Part shown: positions 26,013 to 37,340 of the stretch, piece after piece
How positions within the stretch are numbered: position 1 is the stretch's first letter
Layout: each line of letters opens with the position of its first letter
From: Acanthaster planci
Lineage: Eukaryota
DNA: 64,000 nucleotides
Assembly (NCBI RefSeq): GCF_001949145.1
Contig: NW_019091362.1
Location: 1,495,838 to 1,559,837, forward strand
Direction of reading: 5' to 3'
The notes under the pieces: generated by a model
Told to the model about the DNA's origin: nothing
Seen by the model: only the letters and a program-made list of their open reading frames with translations
The model's database searches: none
Position numbers and translations under genes: made by a program

Positions 26013-26509
26013 AGAGCAACTCGAAGGAAAAAATGTTTTCTCAGATTTTATCTGTTCAAATAAAATATGACAGTGTCCAAATCGAATTGGACGATGTCAT
26101 TCGTCTTCAGAGCTCAAGTATAACAAGCTAAAAAGGGCTTTTTTTCTGTTCATGCCAAGAAAACAGAGAAAACGAGGGGAACCCTCACCTTGTTTTCATA
26201 GTGGATAAATCCTTGTGCATGTCAAACATCGCATGTAGCCATTGTTTGTAGCCATGGTTTGGCATGCACGAGGGTTTATCCACTACGAACACAGGGTTCC
26301 CCTCATTTTCTCTGTTTTCTCAGAATGACACAATCTACATTCATCATGTTCAGAATTTGCATCTTGGCATGAACAGAAAAAAAGCCCTTTTTATCTTGTT
26401 ATAGTTGTTATAGCTCTGAAGACAAACGACACCACGTTCGGTTTGGATGCTTCCATATTTATTTGAAGAGACAAAATCAGAGAAAACATGTTTTCCTTTG
26501 AGTTGCTCT
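26013..26509. mobile_element. Almost fully palindromic MITE with TTAA TSD (Kolobok-like AG termini)
   Basis: TTAA|AGAGCAACTC ... GAGTTGCTCT|TTAA; outer arms 26013-26160/26362-26509 and inner arms ~26161-26230/26255-26320 are reverse complements. Confidence 0.85.
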
Positions 26510-27375
26510 TTAAATGAAGTTATTCTTTAGTGGTCATGTTGTGATGGGCTACTGTATGCCTGACTTAAATACTCCATCATTGGCAGAAAAGAGGCACATT
26601 GGTGGAATTGTTTCATCTTGGCCGTGGCGCACACGCACAGACTGGTTTATTGCACATGTTCAGTGCAGCCCATGCCAAATGCACATAAACTTGTGCATAT
26701 GTACACAGTGAAGTCCACCACCAAAGGACCATCGCTGCCATGTACATGTAAAAGTACACCATTTCTTGTTCCTGCACGGACCGGATGCTGGGCATTAGTT
26801 TACGGGCTTGGCATCCAAATGAGTAATGTTGAATGAGCTGTGTGCACTTTGTGGCTCTCTGGTACTAAACTTCGTAGTGCGCGTGCGTCAGATCTCAGTG
26901 GCTACAGTGTGCTCTGGCGGCGCCAATGAACAGAGTGCAGTGGCTGTGTTCTTGGTCTGAACTTGGGTACACTGGACAAGGATTGGTTGACTATTGCACA
27001 AGGTATCACGTTTGCAGAGGTCGTTGTGTGCCCTGATCAATAAGTTTGCAGGCATATGCACAGGGAGGAGGGACAAAACACAAAGGAAAACTGAAAAATG
27101 GAGCCTCTCTCATTCCAGGAAATTTTATACAATTTGGACGGGAATGAGTTAAAAGTTTAATTTTTTTAGATTGTTGATTTGGGAGGGAAAAATACATCTT
27201 TTCTGAATGTAATCATTTCTCTTTTTTCGAGGGGGTTTCATCATTTGAGTTTGTCATTTTGATTATTTTTCGCAGATGCCGGGTACTTTATTGTCTTTTC
27301 ATGTTGGACTTGTTAGCACTGTGATTTAGTTACGCTGTGAGAGAATGATGTAGTGGTGCTTTCTATTTGTGATAG

Positions 27376-27630
27376 ACTTTAACAGCAAGCCGGACAGCAG
27401 CCCAATATCCATGGTCAACCTGTCGCTAGCCATAGCCATTCCAGTTACCATCATCTGCCTGGCGGCGTTCTTCCTGATGGCGGTACGCTGGTACCTGCTG
27501 CAGAAGTCGGCCCGCCAGTCCATCACGCGCCTGGAGGTGCCGCTGATATCTGGACAAGGCAGCCAGGTCATCCCCATGGGCTGGACACTGAATGACCTCC
27601 ACAACACGGCCACGTCCAGCTCGGGCTCAG
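27376..27630 (+). CDS. ALK4/5/7: Type I receptor exon 5: transmembrane helix, juxtamembrane region, start of GS box
   Basis: LSLAIAIPVTIICLAAFFLMAV TM followed by R/K; TLNDL..TSSSGSG; tag acceptor in phase 1, G|gtaaaa donor in phase 1. Confidence 0.92.
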
Positions 27631-30600
27631 GTAAAAGAGAACTTTTGTTTTTGAGTTTTTTTAATTTTACAGCCCACAGAAGAGATACGTTTGCCAGAAG
27701 CTCTAAAGAAGTTCAGATACTTTACAATACTTCTGAACTATTTTTTGAAGTATCAAATCCGTGAAAACACACTGTATTGAGGGAAGTTTCATTTAACAGT
27801 GTGTGACTTGTCTCATAGCGATTGCGCGTCACTCTAAATCAAGCTTCCATGAACAAGACTTGAATCTCCCTTGTGACTACATGAGATGCCCTGATCATTT
27901 GAAATGCCATTGAGTTCTTTTGATTCACATCCACCTCACTCACTCGCTTTTCGTCAACTTGAGGGTGTGGAGGCCAATTAATTACCGGTGCTGAGCTTGA
28001 CAAGGCCATTTTGGGGATAAACAATTTCCGGTGCACCAGAGCGCCAGCAGTTTCTCTTCTGGTTACCCCTGACTCCCTATTTTTTTGGGTCTACTGACCT
28101 TTCTGAATCCTGGAAATATTTCCACACTACAAGAAACAAAGGCACTTCCTTTGAACTTAAGCTTCCAAGAAGCATATTAGTCCCATGTATGCTATGCCTT
28201 CCTCAGTCCTGTCAAATTCTCCGAGATTTCTCGATTCTGAAGGATAAGGGAGTATTGCGGTTAACAACTACAAAATTTGTAAAAAAAAGTGGTACATTAA
28301 GTGACCCCCCAAAAATTCTGATTACAGTCATACCTCATTGATAAAACGTCCTTCAGACTTCGCAAATCACCTTGTTATAACTGGAGCCTTGTGTTGTCAG
28401 GAATGGAAACTATGAAGAACAAAGGATTTGGACCTAATTTCTTTGTTGTAGGCACAGTATTTGTATCAATACGGTGGTCATCGATTGTGTGAGTTCTGGG
28501 TGCCTTTTGCTTTTGAATTTTTCAAATTTTTGGCACTCCTGCCTGTCCTGTTTTCTTGAGAAGGGTTCCAGTGACCTCTCGGTGGTAAACAGGTAGAAGA
28601 TAGAGAGTTTGGGCTTGGGCTCTGGAAGTCTGCACAAAGACTCCTCACTCCAATAAAAATTGGTTACATGTGCTGTCATGTTGGTCCATTTGAGCATTGT
28701 TGCTTTGTACTATGGTGGTCAGAGGTACAGTGTACATGTAGTGAAAAGCAGAATGTTAGTCCAACATGTCCAAGCCTGACTTTAATTTCGTTTCCCGTTC
28801 ATGTGCTTTACCTCTGCTGTGTGATGTCTTCCAACCTTGCTTAGTTTGTGTACTGTACCTCGAATGTGTCAAACAAAAATATGACGAATGCTCCCATATG
28901 AGAAAACATAAACCAGTGCCACTTTGAAATTCATTCTCCACTGAAGAAAAAACAGCAACTCTAATGTGCATTCCTTCCTGTGAATTATGAGAGAGAGTGA
29001 TCAGTTGCTGCATCATTCATGTCAGCGGAAGGCTTACACTGGGATGTCATAATGCATCAATTTTGGCTGTTTCTTGGCTGTGGCATTTGTGTTGTCTGCC
29101 TACATATTTGTGCCTGACTCCCCGAAGTGACAGGATAAACTTTCATTCCATTGTCCACTCTTTGGCCCCATGAAACTGATTCATAAGTACATGTAGGGGG
29201 CATACTCATACATGTATATGGAGCCAGTCCCCTATTCCGATCATGGATAATTGCCGCATGGTTACGAGTCACGGCTTTTGCCCTTGCTCACTGAAATCAG
29301 TGTCAGCTCCTAAATCCAAAATGACACCATTTCTGTCACTACAGTGTGACTGCCTGACCCAGTTGTTCTATCTTAGGGAAGGAGGCGGAAAGAGGGGAGG
29401 GCTCAAGCTCCCCTGGGGTACAATACCGTACACTCCCACAGTGCATGTATATGTACATGTACAATGTACCGTAGTTGCTCAAAAATTATATTGGACTGGG
29501 CAGATTGACTTGATTACAGCTACATACATGTAAGTACATGTAAATAACTCACAAAGTTGCAGTTTCTGTTGGATTGGGGTTTTTTTGGAAAAAGTGTGTG
29601 ATCCATGCATGTAAAATGCTTGTTAATACTTGAAATGATTAAAATGAAGTTAAGAATTGCTTTACTAAAAGGCATTTTTTTAATTACGATGAATATCTGA
29701 AGAACAGGGCAGTACTCGTGAATGGAGAGAAAAGCTACAAGTACTAGATCAGTGACTTCCTATTTGCCAGGAAGGAGAAGACCACTGATCACATTGTAAT
29801 TTGTTGGATTAGTCCAGTGGCCCAGTTATCATTTCAAGCCTATTTGATCTCTTTACAAAAACCCATGCTTTATAAGATCAAGTTTGCTGAATGCAAATCA
29901 GGTTAAACCCACATGTCAAAACATATTTTCAGAACTGTATTTTTTAAACCTTGTCTGTTTTGCGTCTTTTTTACTCCCAAGCAGCACGAAGTATAGGTTT
30001 TAAAGTTAAATGCGTAAAACTTTCATGTACCAAGCCAGATTCAAATACTGGTAAATGAAAATCACTGGTTTGTCCAGACCTGAATATCCAGGGAATACTT
30101 CTTGTACCAATAGCGGTACAGTACCTTTGAGACAGGCATATCTCTACATGTACGTCAACATTTCCAACCAGTAGAAGTTTCAAATGGTCAGGTGTTTTGA
30201 CTTGTGAAAGCAACACAAAGTGAACTGAAGATTATCATCGCGAATCCTTAACCCTAACGTTCCCCATCCCATCAATTTACAACAACAGAGGTTGTTGAAA
30301 TTTGATGCGATGAGTTCTGTGTACATATGAGACCTGCGACACAAAGTGTTGGGTTATGGCAGGGTGAGTACTGTGCACATGCAGTAACAGCGACGGGTTT
30401 TGACTGAGTGGATATGGTCGATATTGCCTAGTACCTGCTGCTGGGTTTTGGTGAATAGCGCTGCTGGTATGTGTGTGCCTGTACTTAAGGAGTCGAATAA
30501 ATTGCTCCAGTGTGTTGGTGACCTTGCTTTTTTAAGAAAAGTCAAAGATAAAACAAAGAAATCCGAGCCCCCCAAAACAAAGACATTATTTGTGTAGCCC

Positions 30601-30929
30601 TGCAGTTGTTGGATCTTGAAGGGATGAGTACACAGTGTTCCCATTCCTTATACATAGTATGTGACCAAGTATCCCCACTCAGCCAAAACCAACAGTTCGC
30701 TGTTAGGGTAAAATTGCATCTACATGTACAGAGGCCAAAAATGCAAGAACGCACATGACAAAGATAGAAACAGCCTACGTAGAAAACACAGTGTTTTTGA
30801 AAATAATAGTCATTCAAAGGCAAACGAGGAGTAGCCAGCATTGCAGTAATGTTTGTACATGGAAATGACTAGCAAATGAATATCCAGTATCAACGTTTCT
30901 CTTGTGTTTAACTTGCAATCGTTTGACAG

Positions 30930-31160
30930 GCTTGCCTTTGCTGGTGCAGCGTACCATTGCCCGACAGATCACACTGGTGGATTGCATTGGCAAGGGTCGC
31001 TACGGTGAGGTCTACAAAGGCCGCTGGAGGGGCGAGTACGTGGCGGTCAAAATCTTCTCCTCTCGGGAGGAGCGATCCTGGTTCCGCGAGGCAGAGATCT
31101 ATCAAACGGTCATGCTGCGCCATGAGAACATCCTCGGATTCATAGCTGCAGATAACAAAG
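30930..31160 (+). CDS. ALK4/5/7: Type I receptor exon 6: GS end and kinase N-lobe
   Basis: [62 protein letters not shown]; cag/gt borders; 231 nt. Confidence 0.97.
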
Positions 31161-31318
31161 GTTTGTGTAATCTGTCGCTTTCACGCCTCCAAGGAAAAAA
31201 TATTGCAACAACAGAAAAGATTTTGCAAGCAACACTAAATTCTGTATATTTACTTAGATGAGTTGAAATTTGAAACAAAAATTTCTTATGTATTTTGTGT
31301 CTCGTTCCAAACCTGCAG

Positions 31319-31486
31319 ACAGCGGTATGGTTACGCAGCTGTTGTTGATTACCGACTACATGGAGAACGGTTCCCTGTTCGACTACCTGAATATGACAAC
31401 TCTTGACACGGCTGGGATGATCCGGCTGGCGTACTCGACAGCAAACGGTCTTGCACACCTTCATGTGGAGATTGTTGGAATGCAAG
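31319..31486 (+). CDS. ALK4/5/7: Type I receptor exon 7: L45 loop end, hinge
   Basis: [38 protein letters not shown]; cag/gtcagt; 168 nt. Confidence 0.97.
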
Positions 31487-32152
31487 GTCAGTCCAGTACC
31501 CTCGGCCCCCTGCTATCATCTGTTCATGTTCCAGGGCTGCGAGTAATACCATTTGTACCAGAAATGTAATTAGACCAAATGTGCACCTACGATGTGGTGC
31601 ATTTATCCGCTACAAGTCTGTTCCAGATTGCTCGGGTTTTTTTTGCCCCTCCCCCGTCCCGCCCTCTCACAGTTGGTCCGATGCCCACATGGTAACCTCC
31701 TTCAAAAAACTAAACTCATTCAAAAGGTAGGGAGTTGGTTATGCGTAAATTTTGCGCATTAGGTTTGTGTGATTTTCTGTTGTTCCAGCTGATACTGCCA
31801 TAAAGTAATTGCATGGTCTTGAAAATTTAAGTTTTTATATTGCAGGATTGGCCTTTAGACATTCACATTAGTATACTGCAGTACATTACATATTATTCCC
31901 GAGGCATTTCGGAAGCAACCTATTCGAAGACTCTAAAATCCTCCATTTGGTAATTAGACTTTCAGATTCCTGTAAATTCCGTGTAAGGTAATGCTAGTTT
32001 TCCAGTACCTCTCAATTTTAAAGACCTTTTTGAGGATGGCTGCAGATTTCGTTATTCCATCTCAAATCCATGCGCATTAACACAGATTTGAACAAGTCAG
32101 ACTAATAAGTTTTCAGAGAACCATCTTTGAATTTTGGTGTTTTGTTCCACAG

Positions 32153-32434
32153 GCAAGCCCGCTATAGCCCACAGGGACCTCAAGAGCAAGAACATCCTGG
32201 TCAAGCGCAACGGTCAGTGCGCCATCGCCGACCTGGGCCTGGCTGTCCGGCACGACTCTGAGCGTGACACGGTGGACATCGCCCCCAACAACCGCATTGG
32301 CACCAAGCGCTACCTGCCGCCGGAGGTACTAGATGACACCATCAATGTCAACCACTTTGAGGCCTTCAAGCGAGCTGATGTGTACTCACTGGGCCTGGTA
32401 TTCTGGGAGATTGCGCGGCGGTGCTCCATAGGAG
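32153..32434 (+). CDS. ALK4/5/7: Type I receptor exon 8: catalytic loop to subdomain IX
   Basis: [54 protein letters not shown]; cag/gtaag; 282 nt. Confidence 0.98.
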
Positions 32435-32998
32435 GTAAGGCAGTGTTAGTCAGTTGATATTACAATCGGATGCACATTAGATTGCATTGTATGTAAAGTT
32501 GGTATTGCTTACATGACTTGTGAGTTCCAGTATGATATCAAGTGGTTAAGGTAAGGGTGACGTAATGTGATCTTGTCAATAGAACAGTTTTAGAAAGAGT
32601 TATTTTTTTATTCCAGGCTTTTAAACGTGTCTTTAAGTCCATTTATTCATCTGTGATATCCTGTGCCAAATCAAAACAGGATACGTGTAACCGGAAAAGA
32701 TGAGCTACATGTAGTCTGTCAAATACAATTCCAAACTTGTTTTGAAGATCCCATGATCAAACGCATGGCATGTAATAACGGTTTTTCAGCATCCTGCGTA
32801 GGACATACGTGTTACATGTGTGTGCCTTAGTTCTTGTGGTTGTTAGGTTCCAGTGTTGTTTCGTTGCACTACTTGGGTATCAAGTTTATGTTACGTTGTA
32901 AAGAGCCTTGGTGCAACCAAGCATAATTGTTGCCTTGGTTAATTCATGATCTTGGTGTTTCAACTGTCAGATTCCTTCAAATCGAGTCATTTGCTTAA

Positions 32999-34106
32999 AG
33001 GTGGTGTACACCATTGGTTTTTTGTCGTAGTTTCACAAGATTGGCTGATTACGCTGTGTAATATTCACTGCAACTTACATTCCACTCACTTGTTTCATGA
33101 TTGAGTCAAGTGCTTTATGAAAAAACGAGAAAAACAGTGCGGCATTTTCAACACTTAAATTGAAGGTCTTGTAGTTTATGTTGCGTAAAATTTATGGGTT
33201 ATAGGGCGTTCGTAGTACAAGCGAACATCGTCCGTGGGGTCAGGGTGGGAAACAAACATGACAGGTTCTCATTCCCTTAATAAAGGAGCGGTTTTCTTGG
33301 CCAGGAGTAATCAGTGAATTTACCTTGGAGTAATGCACCTCCCAGCATTGCGGATTCATGGAAAAACTTCATTCAGGAACACAGCAGTCGACTCGTGTCC
33401 GTAACATACACGTAGGCCGATACGATTACACACGTGCACCCACAATCGTGTTTATAATGACACTTTCATGTCAGTTCACACGTCGATGAAAGTCTAAAAC
33501 ACCATTCATAGTCGAGTCATTAATAATTATAAGTAAGAAAGAATTATGTCTTAAAACAAGGGAGGATTAACATGTAGAAATTGTACTTTTTGTTGACGAA
33601 ATCATTGTGCTCTGAAACAGCCGCCATATTGGATCATACCATTATTATCTAGGGGTGGTTTTGGATTCGCAAAGTTTTCCGTTAAAAACCTATTCCTTAA
33701 ATAAAATTCAACTTCACACTCATCCAATTCATTTTCTACTTTATGCCACTCAGGTTTCTATAATTTCAGTTCACAGTGTTTTTGGTGAAAGAATGTCAGT
33801 ATATTTTTAGCTGCTTTTAGGTTTATCCGTTCATTAATGGAATCTCACAACATCTGCAAACACTACATATAAGAAATTTGGCGCCTGTTAAAGGATGTGA
33901 TGTGCGAAGTGAAATTAACTCTATTACGATGATCGGCCGACCATCATAATAAAAGAGAACAAAATCTTTGTTTTTCTCAAAAACTACAGCATTCTGGGTG
34001 GAAATATTTTACAGACTGATTGAGACTGTTGTGTACAATCTTTGTGCAAGATCAGGATTATACGGTAGTCTTATTTTCGGGATTTTACCAATGGTGTACA
34101 CCACCT
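32999..34106. mobile_element. Non-autonomous DNA transposon, perfect 20-bp TIRs, TTAA TSD (Kolobok-like)
   Basis: TTAA|AGGTGGTGTACACCATTGGT ... ACCAATGGTGTACACCACCT|TTAA; no long ORF inside. Confidence 0.9.
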
Positions 34107-34230
34107 TTAATGCACGCACCAGTTTGACCAGTTGGAATCGGAGCAAATGGCTTTGCCGAATCATACATCACCCAGGGTACATGTAGCTTCATTTGTTGAT
34201 CTTTACATGGCTTTGCAACCCCCTTCATAG

Positions 34231-34361
34231 GTATCTATGAAGAGTACAGGTTACCTTACTACGATATGGTACCATGTGACCCGTCCATTGAAGACATGCG
34301 GAAGGTGGTTGTCAATGACCGGCAGCGGCCAACAGTTCCGAACAGATGGAACAATGTGGAG
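34231..34361 (+). CDS. ALK4/5/7: Type I receptor exon 9
   Basis: [44 protein letters not shown] read directly (not in ORF track); tag/gtaggt; 131 nt. Confidence 0.95.
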
Positions 34362-35029
34362 GTAGGTCATCCACCATGTAATTTTTTAGGTGTGATTTTA
34401 GAATAGGGAACAGTCTGAACAGAACTGTCATGCTGAAAGAGAAAGCTTTTAGAACAAACTCTAGAGATACATTTTTGGATTAACCGTAACCCCCTAGGGA
34501 CCATTAAAATCCCTACAGTAGCGGGTGTTGTTTGGCTTAGAGTACTCAGTACTGCCAAATACTAAGTAACACTCTGAGCCTGAAGGACCTAGCGCTACAA
34601 ATTACTATTTCTGGCTAGGTTTATTCCGTTGTTACTCGTACAGAGAACAATGAAACCATGCATTCATAGTGCCACAGCACTGTATGGTACATTGTCTTCT
34701 CGATTGTGTTTCATGGCTTCAGAGAATAATAATGTCATGTCCTCTTACAAGCGACAGGGCTGAGTGCTACATTTTACTACTAGGTAGTGCTTTGTAGCAT
34801 TCGGGACTGTTGGGGTTAATGGAGAAAATGGAAACGAAACAAGCTGGTATTAAAGTCTGTCAATTTTCAGCTTCAGTATAAACTTACTCATTTGTGACAG
34901 ATAAAACTCTGACATTTTTACACTATGAAATGGCCGTCCCCAATTTTTTTAAAACTCAATCCTTCGTCCATTAACAATACATTGCGGTTGAAAGTGAACA
35001 TTGTGAACAGGAAGGCATGAAAGGCATGG

Positions 35030-35232
35030 GATTGTTTTCCAGCTTGCGTGAAAAAGGTGTGATAATGGTTTTCTTCTCTTGGAGAAAAGGTTGAAAACCT
35101 TTTCCCACCTGTGGCATAAGGCATAAAAATCTTTTCCCACTTGCGTAGAAAACGTTTGCCAATTTTTCTCCACTTGTGTGGAAAGGTTTGAAAGTCGACT
35201 TGTGTGAAGGTGCGTGAAAATAGTTTCCCACT
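35030..35232. repeat. Degenerate minisatellite of TTTTCCCACTTG(C/T)GTG(G/A)AAA units
   Basis: About five imperfect units spaced ~30-40 bp apart. Confidence 0.5.
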
Positions 35233-37046
35233 ATGGGAACAGATTGTCACAGTTTGTGAATTATGAATCCCCCTTCCAAGAAAAATGTGTGAGGAGAATT
35301 TCTCATTCCCAGATTAACTTACAGTTGTCATGTACTCAATTTTTTTGGCTTTCTGTTGGTCAATAACTTTTAAAAAAAATTATGGTTTGGTATGTCCTTG
35401 TCTTTTTTGACCTGTAGAATGTTGATAAAGGCACAGACAATTACTGGTACATTCCATGCCGTAAAAGTCATTTGATGGTTTTTTGGGGAGGTCTGTGCCA
35501 TCATCACATCTGATGGAGCATACCCACACATTCCTACCTACATGTACTCATCGCGTGATTTTTTTGTTATCGAAAACGTGCATGATAGCAGGTTTTTTTC
35601 TTCAGAGATACTTTGTACTCTGTACTCTGCCAGCCATGGAGGACTATACCAGGGGGAGAAAAAACAAACTTAGGAATGGGGAGGGGAAATCTGAACACAG
35701 ATGGAGTTTAGAATTCTGGGAGATTGTCTGTCTGACTGAGCTTTGTGTGTGCCCTCAGGGTACAAGACTAGAGGAAGCTGTATTTAAAAAGTAGAATCCT
35801 GAGGCTTGTGTGAAATTAGAAATAAAACCCAGCACAACGGTCTAGGATTTCTTCCGGGAAGGAAAAGGTGACAGGAAGTCGTCTCTTGAACTCCAAACAC
35901 TCCGTCATTTAAAGCCACAGCGTGGTATTGAAAATGCTCTTGAGGCTGTCACATCCCCCCCAGAAAAGAAATCCCTTAAAAAACCGGAATCATATTTTCC
36001 TCCTGCTGTTAGACTTGCTGAACCTGCCAGAAACTGTTTTCTGCTCTAGTGCTTGTTTTGACTTTTTTCTTTTTCACCGAGTTCCTTTTGATGTTGCTTG
36101 GGTAACTATGCATTTTTATATAAATTGTCTCCTAGTCTTGTTTTGAGTGAAATGCACTTACATGTAATTAGGTTTTTCCTGTTCCTGCTAATCTTCAGTT
36201 AAAAATGTTACAAAAGTCCCTTTTGAGGAGAATTCAGAACACCCACTCATATTTGTTTTTGTCTGGACAAGTGGACATCATAATTTCCCTGTCTAGACAA
36301 ATGACTCAGCCCAGCTGTCTGCAATAGATAACATGGGAACAACGTGAACAAATCTGCCGTCTGGTGTTGAGAACAAATGGCTTGAGACTGCAGTTGAAAT
36401 TCATGACTTTTGGGAACTGTCCGCGTCTATACTTAGATTCATCTATAACTTTTATTTGAAAGATGCATTGGGAAGGTAAAGATCAAAAGTGCAAAGGATT
36501 ATGAGAGTAAACTGTCATGTTTTGAAGGCATCTGAATTTCAGAATAGTATAAGATGCTTTGTGGCTAAGTAAACAATACATTTATTTTAGACATTTGGGA
36601 GTTGGGGCTTACAAAATTATGATTACTTTGGTGTGAGAAAAACGATAGAGTACATGTACATGCACAGTAGGTTGGTGGACTGTGTACGCACATACAAGTA
36701 TGCAATGTGAAAGTGGTTCCTTGTAAAAGTTCACTGTATTAAAAGAGAACACTTGGGTACACAACCAGACATGCCGATGACACTGACCACAATAATTTAG
36801 CCTTTAATCAAGGTGATTGCTGCGAATTTATTCAAATGCCTGTGCCAGGCATGCACACAACTTGAAAAAAGACTAGCACATGATTCAGTTCACTATGGGC
36901 CACCACAATTGCTGTTACAGAATTGGTTTTTCAGGACTTAGGTTTTTCTGAACTTCTCTTACCATTTTGGTTGAAAAATAACACAGATGATGCTACCTTG
37001 TTTCAGTCAATAAGATGGTGAAAACGCCTGATTGGGGTCGTCAGAA

Positions 37047-37340
37047 TAACAGTTCTGCAAGTTAAATTTGAATAAAATCTGGTACACTGAGTTATCTGAT
37101 TGCACATACATGTAAGCTGAACAATTTGAATTCCCAGACTAAAGACACTGTTGCTACATTTATACCTCTTGATTTGGGGCAAGCTTTTGCATAGCAACCA
37201 CCATCTCTGGAATGGACTGGTGCAAAGCGTCTCTAATGTACGTGTACATAGCAACAGTCTTCAGTGTGGAGAATTCAAATTATGTTCACTTGAATTTAAA
37301 GAACTCAGTGTACCAGATTTCATTCAAATATAACTCGCAA
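37047..37340. mobile_element. Fold-back MITE-like inverted repeat
   Basis: TTTGAATAAAATCTGGTACACTGAGTT vs AACTCAGTGTACCAGATTTCATTCAAA; inner TTTGAATTC..CTGTTGCTA vs TAGCAACAG..GAATTCAAA. Confidence 0.7.

Noticed and set aside
19101..27375. Search for mutually exclusive copies of ectodomain exon 3
   Set aside because: Other CC dipeptides (e.g. ~20870, ~22454) have no CCx4-5CN; none found by eye
35030..35232. CRISPR array
   Set aside because: Eukaryotic intron, degenerate repeats, irregular spacers, no cas genes
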